DNA from: an uncultured Actinomycetes bacterium
GTDB lineage: Bacteria > Actinomycetota > JAICYB01
DNA: 64,000 nucleotides
NCBI GenBank assembly: GCA_964520325.1
Contig: CAZFOB010000003.1
Location: forward strand, 154,745-218,744
Direction of reading: 5' to 3'
Part shown: piece by piece, positions 39,265 through 48,059 of the stretch
Layout: every line of letters starts with the position of its first letter
Numbering within the stretch: the first letter of the stretch is position 1
Position numbers and translations under genes: made by a program
The notes under the pieces: model-generated
Told to the model about the DNA's origin: nothing
What the model saw: the letters and a program-made list of their open reading frames with translations, nothing else
Databases searched by the model: none

Positions 39265-39440
39265 ACCTTCCCCGGGATCACGCGTCCCGAACGAAGCACT
39301 CGTGGCGGTCGAGTGTCCTGACTCCCGGATCGTCGCTCCTCCCGCCTTCCGGCCCTCTTGGCCGTGGCTTGAAGGGAATCGCTCCCCGGTTACAGTGGCG
39401 CAACCGTCCCGGATTCACACCGGGTTCCTCACGCCGCCAC
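39265..39440 (-). ncRNA. Second cobalamin (B12) riboswitch (minus strand)
   Basis: Reverse complement reads ...GGTGTGAATCCGGGACGGTTGCGCCACTGTAACCGGGGAGCGATTCCCTTCAAGCCACGGCC...GGGAGTCAGGACACTCGACC..., nearly collinear with riboswitch 1 (GCCACTG core, B12-box-like AGTCAGGACAC). It sits upstream of the ATG at 39259. Confidence 0.65.
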
Positions 39441-39487
39441 GCTGACGTCGCTACCGTACCAGACCGCCGGATAACGACCGTCTCGAA

Positions 39488-40252
39488 CTAGTGGACGACC
39501 GCGGCGATGCTGAGCGTCGTCAGCTCGATCAGCTCGATCGTTGCGCCGAACGTATCCCCGGTCACGCCGCCGAGCCATGACCGGAACGCGATCCCAGAGA
39601 GTGCCCCGACAGCGACGGCGGCTCCCGCGAGGAGAACCCCCAGACGTCCCGCGACAAGGACGGCGATCGCAACACTGATCGCCGCCGCCGCGACCGCCCG
39701 CCAGCGGGGGCTCTGCGTCAGCGACTCGCCAGCACCACCCTCCGATCGCGCGTACGGCAAGACGGCGGCCAAGACAACGGGCGCGGCGCGAGCGAGCGAG
39801 CTGGCCGCTATTGAAACAAGGACGACGTTGCCGGACTCTGTCAACGCGGTGAGCGCGGCCGCCTTGATCAACAGGCTGAGAACCAGCGCGACGACCCCGT
39901 AGGCACCGACCGCGTGGTCGCGCATGATCCCCAGCGCCCGCTCGCGTGTGTGAGCCCCCAGCGCGTCTGCCGTGTCGGCCAGACCGTCGAGATGCAACGC
40001 GCCCGTGAGCACTGTCCCGACGGCGAGCGCAATACCGGCGGCCAGCCATGGTGTCGCCCGCGGAGCGAGCGACGTGGTGACTCCACCGACGGCTGCACCC
40101 ACCCCCGCGCCGATCAGGGGGAAGAACATGCCCCCGCGTGCGACATCGAGACCGTTGAACGCAACCCGGCGACCAAGGGGGATCCGGGTCAGGAACGCCA
40201 CCGCTGCAACGAGGCCGCGGAGCTCGGTGCTAACGCTCCTACCGACCCGCAT
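39488..40252 (-). CDS. cobS: Adenosylcobinamide-GDP ribazoletransferase (cobalamin synthase)
   Basis: MRVGRSVSTELRGLVAAVAFLTRIPLG... is the CobS/CobV membrane protein family. Start ATG at 40252. Confidence 0.8.
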   Translation of the reverse strand: MRVGRSVSTELRGLVAAVAFLTRIPLGRRVAFNGLDVARGGMFFPLIGAGVGAAVGGVTTSLAPRATPWLAAGIALAVGTVLTGALHLDGLADTADALGAHTRERALGIMRDHAVGAYGVVALVLSLLIKAAALTALTESGNVVLVSIAASSLARAAPVVLAAVLPYARSEGGAGESLTQSPRWRAVAAAAISVAIAVLVAGRLGVLLAGAAVAVGALSGIAFRSWLGGVTGDTFGATIELIELTTLSIAAVVH

Positions 40253-41393
40253 CGGTGACCTGGGCCTCCTCGAACGTCGCCATCTCGTTGAGGATGGCGA
40301 TGCTGCTCGCCAGCAGAGGTAGGACCAGGGCCGCGCCGCTTCCTTCGCCCAAGCGGAGGCCGAGGTCGAGGAGTGGCTCCAGGCCAAGGGATTCGAGAAC
40401 GAGCGCGTGACCGGGTTCCGCAGAGCGATGGGAGGCGATCATCGACTCCACCGCCGGCGGCGCGATCGCGACGGCCGCGAGGGCGGCTGCGCCCGTGATG
40501 AACCCATCGAGCACGACAGGAACGCGATCGGCGGCACTGCCCAGGATCACGCCGGTCAGAAAGGCGATCTCGAACCCGCCCAGCGCCGCCAGGACCCCGA
40601 CGCCATCGCGAACGTCGACGCGGTTGCACGCCAGGCCGCGCGCGACAACGTCGATCTTGCGTTGCAGGCCGACATCGTCGATGCCGGTCCCGAGTCCGCA
40701 GACCGCGGATGGATCGGCGCCAAGGAAAAGCGCCGTCATCGCGCTCGCGGATGTGGTGTTCCCGATCCCCATCTCGCCAAGCGCCAAAACGTTGACACCC
40801 TCACCCGCGAGCTCGGAGGCCACTTCGGCCCCCGAGACGATCGCGCGGAGCGCGTGATCGCGCGTCATCGCGGGGCCGTCGACGAAGCTCCCGGTTCCGG
40901 GTCCAACACGGCGAGATCGCACTCCGTCGAGTTCCAGAGGGACGGCCACACCGGCGTCGACGACGACGAGGCGTGCATTCGTTTGTCGCGCAAGGACGTT
41001 GATCGCCGCACCTCCGGCCGCGAAGTTCATGAGCATCTGCGCTGTTACTTCTTGTGGGTAGGCGGAAACCCCCTCACGAGCAACCCCGTGGTCTCCGGCG
41101 GCGACGACGATGGCGGGGTCGAGTTTCGGAGGGACACTTCCGAGGACGGCAACGAGCTGGCAGCCGATCTCTTCTAGCCTGCCAAGGCTGCGGCGCGGCT
41201 TGGTCTTGGAATCGAACGCACGTTGCGTTCGATCGCGGATCGTCGCATCTACGGCGGTGATCCGGTTGGCCAGCTGAACCAGCTGTTTTTCGAGCGAGAT
41301 CAGCGAACGATCTCCGACAACGAGAGCGGCTGTTCGAGTTGCAGCACTCGTCCGGCAACGACGAAGAATGTGCGATCCGCTTTCTCGGCCCAT
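40239..41393 (-). CDS. cobT: Nicotinate-nucleotide--dimethylbenzimidazole phosphoribosyltransferase
   Basis: ...SLGRLEEIGCQLVAVLG...LALGEMGIGNTTSASAM... are CobT signatures. The only in-frame ATG/GTG upstream of the conserved region is ATG 41393, which overlaps cobU by 94 nt, so the start is uncertain. Confidence 0.7.
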   Translation of the reverse strand: MGRESGSHILRRCRTSAATRTAALVVGDRSLISLEKQLVQLANRITAVDATIRDRTQRAFDSKTKPRRSLGRLEEIGCQLVAVLGSVPPKLDPAIVVAAGDHGVAREGVSAYPQEVTAQMLMNFAAGGAAINVLARQTNARLVVVDAGVAVPLELDGVRSRRVGPGTGSFVDGPAMTRDHALRAIVSGAEVASELAGEGVNVLALGEMGIGNTTSASAMTALFLGADPSAVCGLGTGIDDVGLQRKIDVVARGLACNRVDVRDGVGVLAALGGFEIAFLTGVILGSAADRVPVVLDGFITGAAALAAVAIAPPAVESMIASHRSAEPGHALVLESLGLEPLLDLGLRLGEGSGAALVLPLLASSIAILNEMATFEEAQVTDAGR

Positions 41394-41839
41394 GTGGCGT
41401 TGACTTCGCCGAGCAAGTCCCGGTATCGGCGGCCGAGCGGGTGCATCGGCACGAGCCCAAGACCGACCTCGTTGCTGACAGCTAACGTGAGGCCCGGTCT
41501 GTCGCAAGCGGCAGCAGCGGCTCCGGTGGCCTCTTGTCGGACCTCGGAGTCGGTCGCCGTTTCCAATCGGTTCGAGAGCCACAGCGATAGGCAGTCGATG
41601 ATCAAGCAAGCATGCACATCGATGTCCCGGATCGCCGCTTCGAGCAGCGCCGGCTCCTCGATCGTCTGCCAATCACTCGGACGCTCGAGTCGGTGATTCG
41701 CGATCCGTATGCTCATTTCCTCGTCGCCCGCCTCACCGGTTGCGAGGAACACCACCTCACCCGCATGCCCTTCCGCGAGCTTCACCGCGAGCCGCGACTT
41801 GCCGCTGCGGGCGCCACCTAAGAACAGAGCGAGCGTCAC
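41300..41839 (-). CDS. cobU: Bifunctional adenosylcobinamide kinase / adenosylcobinamide-phosphate guanylyltransferase
   Basis: MTLALFLGGARSGKSRLAVKLAEG... carries the CobU/CobP P-loop. Confidence 0.85.
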   Translation of the reverse strand: MTLALFLGGARSGKSRLAVKLAEGHAGEVVFLATGEAGDEEMSIRIANHRLERPSDWQTIEEPALLEAAIRDIDVHACLIIDCLSLWLSNRLETATDSEVRQEATGAAAAACDRPGLTLAVSNEVGLGLVPMHPLGRRYRDLLGEVNATWAEKADRTFFVVAGRVLQLEQPLSLSEIVR

Positions 41840-42210
41840 GGGACGACCTTTCCAGTTTCTCGCGCGGCCCTGCTCAATTCAGGACAGCTGACGGGGCATC
41901 ACCGAAAGACCTCTCGAGACTTTACGCAAAGGAATGGCGGCACTCACCACGCGGCTTGCTCCGTTCTGGTCTTCGGTGGAAGCAATGCGGTCTCGAACGC
42001 GTGCGCCGACGTCTGCGTTGCGAACGCAGCCTACCGGTCCGAGCTGATCTGCGGCGCCGGCCGTGAAACCGGCTCCTACCTGCAGTTTCGTGTCGCAAGG
42101 GGTTCGCAGTCGTTCTCCGCGATTCTCGGCGTAGAGCGGGACGAATACGGGACGCCTCAAGTGATCGTTGGCGGTACCTCCTGCCACAACTTGTCTGGTG
42201 TCTAGCTTCC

Positions 42211-42588
42211 TTGCTGGTGTCCTCCTACCCGATCCGGCCCGCCGCGACGGGACCGTCACCGAGTCCGAGCACCAGTCCGAGCCCCAGCCCGGGGCCCGGC
42301 GGCGGCGGAGGTGGGAGTGCGCCGAACACGACGATGAGCTCCGGAGACCTTCGTACCACCCGCGACCGCACGCCGACGTTCCAGTTCGCGGCGAACGCCG
42401 TCAACGTGCGGTTCGAGTGCTCGACCGACGGAGCCGACTTCATCCCGTGCAGCTCGCCGTACACGCTCCGAAAGCTCAAGCTCGGAGAGCACACGTTCTC
42501 GGTCGAGGCGATCGACGCAAGCGGGCGCGCGGACCCGTCACCGGCGACGGACGAGTTCCGGGTGGTGAAACAGCGCCGCCGGCGCTGA
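42211..42588 (+). CDS. Hypothetical small protein: PS/G-rich low-complexity linker plus one Ig-like domain (possible gene remnant)
   Basis: TTG start. ...TPTFQFAANAVNVRFECSTDGADFIPCSSPYTLRKLKLGEHTFSVEAIDASGRADPSPATDEFRV resembles the F-C-DG--F--C-SP-T---L--G-H-F-V-A-D-AGN repeat common in actinobacterial secreted proteins. No signal peptide from an ATG/GTG/TTG start. Confidence 0.35.
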   Translation: MLVSSYPIRPAATGPSPSPSTSPSPSPGPGGGGGGSAPNTTMSSGDLRTTRDRTPTFQFAANAVNVRFECSTDGADFIPCSSPYTLRKLKLGEHTFSVEAIDASGRADPSPATDEFRVVKQRRRR

Positions 42589-42671
42589 CCGCGGGTTGCG
42601 CCTGGGAGTTCCCGGTTCTATCTTCTTGCATGAGGACTGCAAGTTTCTGATCTCGGACCGGGAGGTTCCTG

Positions 42672-44027
42672 ATGAAGTTCGGCATCTTCTACGAGCACCA
42701 GCTTCCACGTCCGTGGGAAGAGGGCAGCGAGCTCAAGCTGATACAGGACGCACTCGAGCAGGTCGAGCTTGCCGACCGCCTCGGCTTCGACGTCGTGTGG
42801 GAGGTCGAGCACCACTTCCTCGAGGAGTACTCACACAGCAGCGCCCCCGAGGTCTTCCTCGCGGCCGCCAGTCAGCGGACGAAGGACATCAGGCTCGGCC
42901 ACGGCATCGTGCAGACCGCTCCTGGTTACAACCACCCGGCCCGCACTGCCGAGCGCATCGCGATGCTCGACCTCGTCAGCGGTGGGCGTGTCGAGTTCGG
43001 TTCCGGTGAGTCGTCCTCGGAGGCCGAGCTCGGCGGGTTCCAGATCGATCAGGTCCTCAAGCGTGAAGCGTGGCTCGAAGGACTCGAGGTCGCGATCCGT
43101 TGCATGACCGAGGATCCGTTCACCGGCGTCGACGGCCAGTTCGTGAAGATGCCACCGCGCAACGTCGTCCCCAAGCCCGTTCAGAAGCCCCACCCGCCGT
43201 TGTGGGTTGCGTGCTCACGCCGGGACACCATCCTGCTCGCGGCGGAGAAGGGGATCGGTGCGTTGTCCTTCGCGTTCATCGATCCCGAAGAAGCTGTGCA
43301 CTGGATCTCGGACTACGAAGCGAAGCTCGAGAACGATTGCATCCCGGTCGGAAAGGCGATCAATCCGAACGTTGCGTGCGTGACGCCGATGATGTGCGCG
43401 CGTACCGAAGAGGAGGCGCTCGCGCGTGGTCTCGAAGGCGGCAACTTCTTCGGGTACTCACTCGGTCACTACTACGTTTTCGGCGATCACAAGCCCGGCA
43501 AGACCGACGTGTGGCACGAGTACATCAACAAGCGCGCCGAGCACGGCTATTCGCCGGAGGTCGCCGTCGCGCTCGAGCAGGAACGGCTCGGTGCCAAGGT
43601 TGCTTCTGGAGACACCACTGGACTGCGTGGTGCGACCGGATCGCCTGAGCAGATCCGCGAGTACTGCAAGCGCTTCGAGGACGCCGGCGTCGATCAGCTC
43701 ATCTTCGTCATGCAGGCCGGGAAGAACCAGCACGAGCACATCTGCGAGTCGATCGAGATGTTCGGCAAGGAGATCATGCCGGAGTTCAAGGACCGCGACG
43801 ACAAGCTGGTGGCGGCCAAGATGACACGCCTGGCTCCCGCCATCGACAAGGCGATGGCCCGCAAGATCGACTCCGCGCCGGCGCTCGCCGACGACTACTC
43901 GATGAAGGCGATCCCTCTGGCGATGATCGAGGCGACCAAGAACGAAGAGGGTAGGAAGTTCCTCGAGAAATTCGCCGAAGACCGCGCGAAGGGCGAACGC
44001 GACCCGACACTCGGCATCATCGGCTGA
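42672..44027 (+). CDS. LLM-class flavin/F420-dependent oxidoreductase (luciferase-like monooxygenase)
   Basis: MKFGIFYEHQLPRPWEEGSE...GFDVVWEVEHHFLEEYSHSSAPEVFLAA... is the bacterial-luciferase-fold family. 451 aa. Confidence 0.85.
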   Translation: MKFGIFYEHQLPRPWEEGSELKLIQDALEQVELADRLGFDVVWEVEHHFLEEYSHSSAPEVFLAAASQRTKDIRLGHGIVQTAPGYNHPARTAERIAMLDLVSGGRVEFGSGESSSEAELGGFQIDQVLKREAWLEGLEVAIRCMTEDPFTGVDGQFVKMPPRNVVPKPVQKPHPPLWVACSRRDTILLAAEKGIGALSFAFIDPEEAVHWISDYEAKLENDCIPVGKAINPNVACVTPMMCARTEEEALARGLEGGNFFGYSLGHYYVFGDHKPGKTDVWHEYINKRAEHGYSPEVAVALEQERLGAKVASGDTTGLRGATGSPEQIREYCKRFEDAGVDQLIFVMQAGKNQHEHICESIEMFGKEIMPEFKDRDDKLVAAKMTRLAPAIDKAMARKIDSAPALADDYSMKAIPLAMIEATKNEEGRKFLEKFAEDRAKGERDPTLGIIG

Positions 44028-44079
44028 CCGCGGTAGGCTCGGCGCCTCACGAATAAGGCCAAGAGCAAAGGAGAAAGCG

Positions 44080-44526
44080 ATGGCCGTGAAGCCGATCCCC
44101 GACGGGTACACCACCGTCACTCCGTACCTGGTTGTCGACGGTGCCGAGAAGCTGCTCGACTTCGTGAAGCAGGCCTTCGGGGCCGAGGAGCTATTCCGCA
44201 TGGACGGCCCGGACGGCACGATCGGTCACGCCGAAGTGAAGATCGGCGACTCGATCGTCATGCTCGGCAACTCGGACGGTTCCGCGAGCGGAAAGGCCAT
44301 GCCGTCGACCATCTATCTCTACGTCGAGGACGCCGACGCCACATACGGTCGCGCGATCGATGCCGGAGGTGCCTCCGTGGAAGAGCCTGCCGACCAGTTC
44401 TACGGCGACCGTCGGAGCGCCGTGCGTGACCCGCTCGGGAACCAGTGGTTCATCGCGACGCATGTCGAGGATCCGACGCCTGAAGAGATGGACGAGCGCA
44501 TGAAGGCTTTCTCGCAGCAGTCCTGA
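44080..44526 (+). CDS. VOC/glyoxalase-family protein (PhnB-like)
   Basis: ...VTPYLVVDGAEKLLDFVKQAFGAEE...GHAEVKIGDSIVMLG...DPLGNQWFIATH. RBS AAGGAGAAAG upstream. Confidence 0.8.
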   Translation: MAVKPIPDGYTTVTPYLVVDGAEKLLDFVKQAFGAEELFRMDGPDGTIGHAEVKIGDSIVMLGNSDGSASGKAMPSTIYLYVEDADATYGRAIDAGGASVEEPADQFYGDRRSAVRDPLGNQWFIATHVEDPTPEEMDERMKAFSQQS

Positions 44527-44552
44527 GAGCGCTCGGCCTCCTCGGATGCCAC

Positions 44553-47500
44553 TTAGATGGCGGGTTCGGACGACCGCTGGATCGTGAAGTACTTCGCCTG
44601 CGGGTGGTGGACGACGAGCGCGCTCGTCGACTGCTCGGGAACGAGCTGGAACTCATCGGACAGCTCGACGCCGATGCGTCCGGGGTCGAGCAGCTCGAAG
44701 AGTTGCACGTGGCCTTCGAGATCGGGACACGCCGGGTAGCCGAACGAGTAGCGCGAACCGCGGTAGCTCTGCTTGAAGATCTCGTCCATCGTCGGTCCAT
44801 CGTCGGACGAGATCGCGAGCTCGTCGCGGATGCGCGCATGCCACAGCTCTGCGAGCGCTTCGGCCATCTCGACGCCGAGGCCGTGCAGGTGGAGGTAGTC
44901 GGTGTAGTTGTCGGCCTCGAAGAGCTTCTGCGCGTGATCCGACACCTTCTGGCCCATCGTGACGAGGTGTAACGGCAACACGTCGCCGTCGGCACGGAAG
45001 AAGTCCGGGATCGAGAGCTTGCGTCCCTCGGGCTGGCGGGGGAAGCTCCACCGAACCCACTCGCTTCCGTCCTCGCGCAAGACGACCAGATCATTGCCAT
45101 CTGGACGAACGGGGAAGTAGCCATAAACCACGGCAGGCTGAAGGATCTGCTCTTCGACGCATCGCGCGAGTGCATCGCGAAGGATCCCTTCCACCTCCGT
45201 CGACAAGAACTCTGTGTATTCCTCGATCGACTGTCCCTTGCGACGTGAGTACTGCCAGCGTCCGCGGAAGAGCGCAGTGCGGTTCAGCCACTTCGCGATC
45301 TCCGGGATCGGGACGCCCTTCACCACGCGCGTTCCCCAGAACGGCGCAACGGGGACATCGACAACGACGGACACCTCGGACGACCGCTCCGTGGACGACG
45401 ACCCGCGCGCTTCGGTGCGGCTGGAGGCTTTGCGCCGAGCCGGCGCTGCCGCGATCGGTGAAACGGTCGTTTCCCCGCGCTTGAAGGCCATGATCGCGTC
45501 CATGTGGCGCAGTCCCTCGAACGCGTCCTTGCCGTAGAGCACGTCACCTTCGTAGATCTCACGGAGGTCGTGTTCGACATAGGAGCGCGTCAGGGCGGCG
45601 CCTCCGAGAAGCACCGGCGTCTGCAACTCGCGGCGATTGAGCTCCTCGAGGTTGTCGCGCATGACGAGTGTCGACTTCACGAGCAGGCCCGACATCCCGA
45701 TCGCGTCGGCCTTGTGCAGTTCGGCTGCTGTGATGATGTCGGCGATCGCCTGCTTGATCCCGAGGTTGATGACGGTGTAGCCGTTGTTCGACAGGATGAT
45801 GTCGACGAGGTTCTTGCCGATGTCGTGGACGTCGCCTTTCACCGTCGCGAGCACGAGCGTGCCCTTCCCGGCGTCGGACGTCTTCTCCATGTGCGGCTCG
45901 AGGAATGCGACGGCCTTCTTCATCGTCTCCGCCGATTGCAGGACGAAGGGGAGCTGCATCTCACCCGAACCGAAGCGGTCGCTGACGACCTTCATGCCGT
46001 TGAGGAGCCAGTCGTTGACGATCTCGAGCGCCGGCTTGATCTCGAGCGCGGCGGCGAGGTCGTCTTCGAGGCCTTTGCGCGCCGCATCGACGATGCGGCG
46101 CGCGAGTCTCTCCTCGAGCGGGAGCGCGGCGAGCTCGTCCGAGCTCGCCACCTTCGAGACCGACGCACCCTCGAAAAGCTCGAGGAAACGCGCGAGCGGG
46201 TCGTAGCCGCCTTCTCCGGAACCGCGCTTGTCGTAGATCACCTCGAGCGCCACGTCGCGCTGCTCTTGCGGGATGCGCGCGAGCGGGACGATCTGCGCAG
46301 GAGAGACGATCGCCATGTCGAGACCACGCTTGACGGCTTCGTCGAGATAGACCGAGTTGAGCACCTGGCGTCCCGCCGGGTTGAGGCCGAACGAGACGTT
46401 GGAGATCCCGAGTGTGGTGTACGTGCCGGGCAGCTCGTTCTTCACGCGCTCGATCGAGTCGAGTGTCTCGATGCCGTAGCGCCGGGCTTCTTCCATCCCC
46501 GTCGAGATCGGAAGCGCGAGCGTGTCGTAGATGACGTCGTGGGCTTCGAGGCCGGCCTCCAGGCAGACGTCGAGAAGGCGACGGCAGACGTCGAGCTTCC
46601 AGTCGGCGGTGGTGGCCTGTCCCTTCTCCTCGATCGCGCCTGCGATGACCGCCGCGCCGTACTTGCGCGCAAGCGCGAGGTTCTGCGCGAGTCGTGTCTG
46701 TGGCCCCGTGCCCTCTTCGAGGTTGATCGAGTTGAGGATCGGACGTCCCCCAAGATGCTTGAACGCCGCTTCGACAACCGGCGGCTCGGTCGAGTCGATG
46801 ACGAGAGGGAGCGTCACCTGCGTCGCGAAACGGGATGCGACTTCATCCATGTCCGGCACGCCGGCTCGTCCGGTGAAGTCGACGCAGACGTCCAGCGCGT
46901 GAGCGCCTTCTCGCACCTGATGCGACGCGACGCGTACGGTCGACTCGTAGTCGTCGGCGGCGATGAGCTCCTTGAACCTGCGCGAGCCGTTGGTGTTGCA
47001 GCGCTCGCCGATCACGAAGACCGAGTTGTCCTGGTCGAAGGGCTGCGCGGTGTAGAGGGACGCAGCGGACGGGATGAACTCGGGCGTGCGCTCTTTCGGC
47101 CGCCGATCGCGCATCGCGTCGGCGACGCCGCGGATGTACTCGGGCGTCGTGCCGCAGCAGCCGCCCACGAGCGAGACGCCGAATCCGTCCACGAAGGTCT
47201 CGAGGTGTTGCACCAACTCGTCGGGTTGCAACGGGTAGTAGGTGGCTCCGTCGCGGATCTCAGGCAGGCCCGCATTCGGCTGGACCGACACCGGCCGGCG
47301 CGAATGCCGCGTCAGGTACCGGACGTGCTCGATCATCTCGATCGGACCCGTCGCGCAGTTGAGACCGATGACGTCGATCTCGCGGTACGGCTGCAGGGCA
47401 GCGAGGGCGGCCGAGATGTCGGAACCTACGAGCATCGTTCCGGTCGTCTCGATCGTGACCTGGACGATGAGCGGGATCTTGCGTCCGAACTTCGCGAACG

Positions 47501-48017
47501 CCGTCTGGCACGCCGCGATCGCCGTCTTGATCTGGAGAAGGTCCTGACACGTCTCGATGATCAAAGCGTCGACGCCGCCTTCCATCAGCCCATCGACCTG
47601 AACGGTGTAGCTCCGTTCGAGCTCGTCGAAGGTTGCATTGCCCAGCGTCGGGAGCTTGGTCCCCGGTCCGATGCTGCCGACGACGAACCTCGGCTTGTCG
47701 GTGAAGGACGACGCCGCCTCCTTCGCGATGCGTGCGGCCGTGACGTTGAGCTCGTGGACCTTCTCCGCGAAGTCGTACTCGACCTGGACGATCTCGTTGG
47801 CGCCGAAGGTGTTCGTTTCGACGCAGTCGGCACCGGCTTCGAAGTAGTTGGCGTGGATCTGCGCGATGACGTCAGGAGAAGAGAGGTTCAGCACCTCCGA
47901 GTTGCCCTCCTGGCCCCAGTACTCGTCCAGGCTGAGATCGGCTTCGTGGATCTGCGTGCCCATGGCGCCGTCGAAGACGACGACGCGCTCACGCAAGAGG
48001 TTGAGGAGGGTTGTCAT
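44553..48017 (-). CDS. metH: Cobalamin-dependent methionine synthase
   Basis: 1154 aa. N-terminal Hcy-binding MTTLLNLLRERVVVFDGAMGTQI..., pterin-binding, B12-binding (...GDVHDIGKN...) and AdoMet-activation domains all recognisable. Confidence 0.9.
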   Translation of the reverse strand: MTTLLNLLRERVVVFDGAMGTQIHEADLSLDEYWGQEGNSEVLNLSSPDVIAQIHANYFEAGADCVETNTFGANEIVQVEYDFAEKVHELNVTAARIAKEAASSFTDKPRFVVGSIGPGTKLPTLGNATFDELERSYTVQVDGLMEGGVDALIIETCQDLLQIKTAIAACQTAFAKFGRKIPLIVQVTIETTGTMLVGSDISAALAALQPYREIDVIGLNCATGPIEMIEHVRYLTRHSRRPVSVQPNAGLPEIRDGATYYPLQPDELVQHLETFVDGFGVSLVGGCCGTTPEYIRGVADAMRDRRPKERTPEFIPSAASLYTAQPFDQDNSVFVIGERCNTNGSRRFKELIAADDYESTVRVASHQVREGAHALDVCVDFTGRAGVPDMDEVASRFATQVTLPLVIDSTEPPVVEAAFKHLGGRPILNSINLEEGTGPQTRLAQNLALARKYGAAVIAGAIEEKGQATTADWKLDVCRRLLDVCLEAGLEAHDVIYDTLALPISTGMEEARRYGIETLDSIERVKNELPGTYTTLGISNVSFGLNPAGRQVLNSVYLDEAVKRGLDMAIVSPAQIVPLARIPQEQRDVALEVIYDKRGSGEGGYDPLARFLELFEGASVSKVASSDELAALPLEERLARRIVDAARKGLEDDLAAALEIKPALEIVNDWLLNGMKVVSDRFGSGEMQLPFVLQSAETMKKAVAFLEPHMEKTSDAGKGTLVLATVKGDVHDIGKNLVDIILSNNGYTVINLGIKQAIADIITAAELHKADAIGMSGLLVKSTLVMRDNLEELNRRELQTPVLLGGAALTRSYVEHDLREIYEGDVLYGKDAFEGLRHMDAIMAFKRGETTVSPIAAAPARRKASSRTEARGSSSTERSSEVSVVVDVPVAPFWGTRVVKGVPIPEIAKWLNRTALFRGRWQYSRRKGQSIEEYTEFLSTEVEGILRDALARCVEEQILQPAVVYGYFPVRPDGNDLVVLREDGSEWVRWSFPRQPEGRKLSIPDFFRADGDVLPLHLVTMGQKVSDHAQKLFEADNYTDYLHLHGLGVEMAEALAELWHARIRDELAISSDDGPTMDEIFKQSYRGSRYSFGYPACPDLEGHVQLFELLDPGRIGVELSDEFQLVPEQSTSALVVHHPQAKYFTIQRSSEPAI

Positions 48018-48059
48018 CGCTACCGATTGTGACCGACCCTGTGCGTTTCCGGCGGCGCT

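Noticed and set aside
41840-42170. Possible third cobalamin riboswitch upstream of cobU
   Set aside because: I looked on the minus strand for the GCCACTG core and a B12 box and found only weak, non-collinear matches. I cannot support a riboswitch here by eye.
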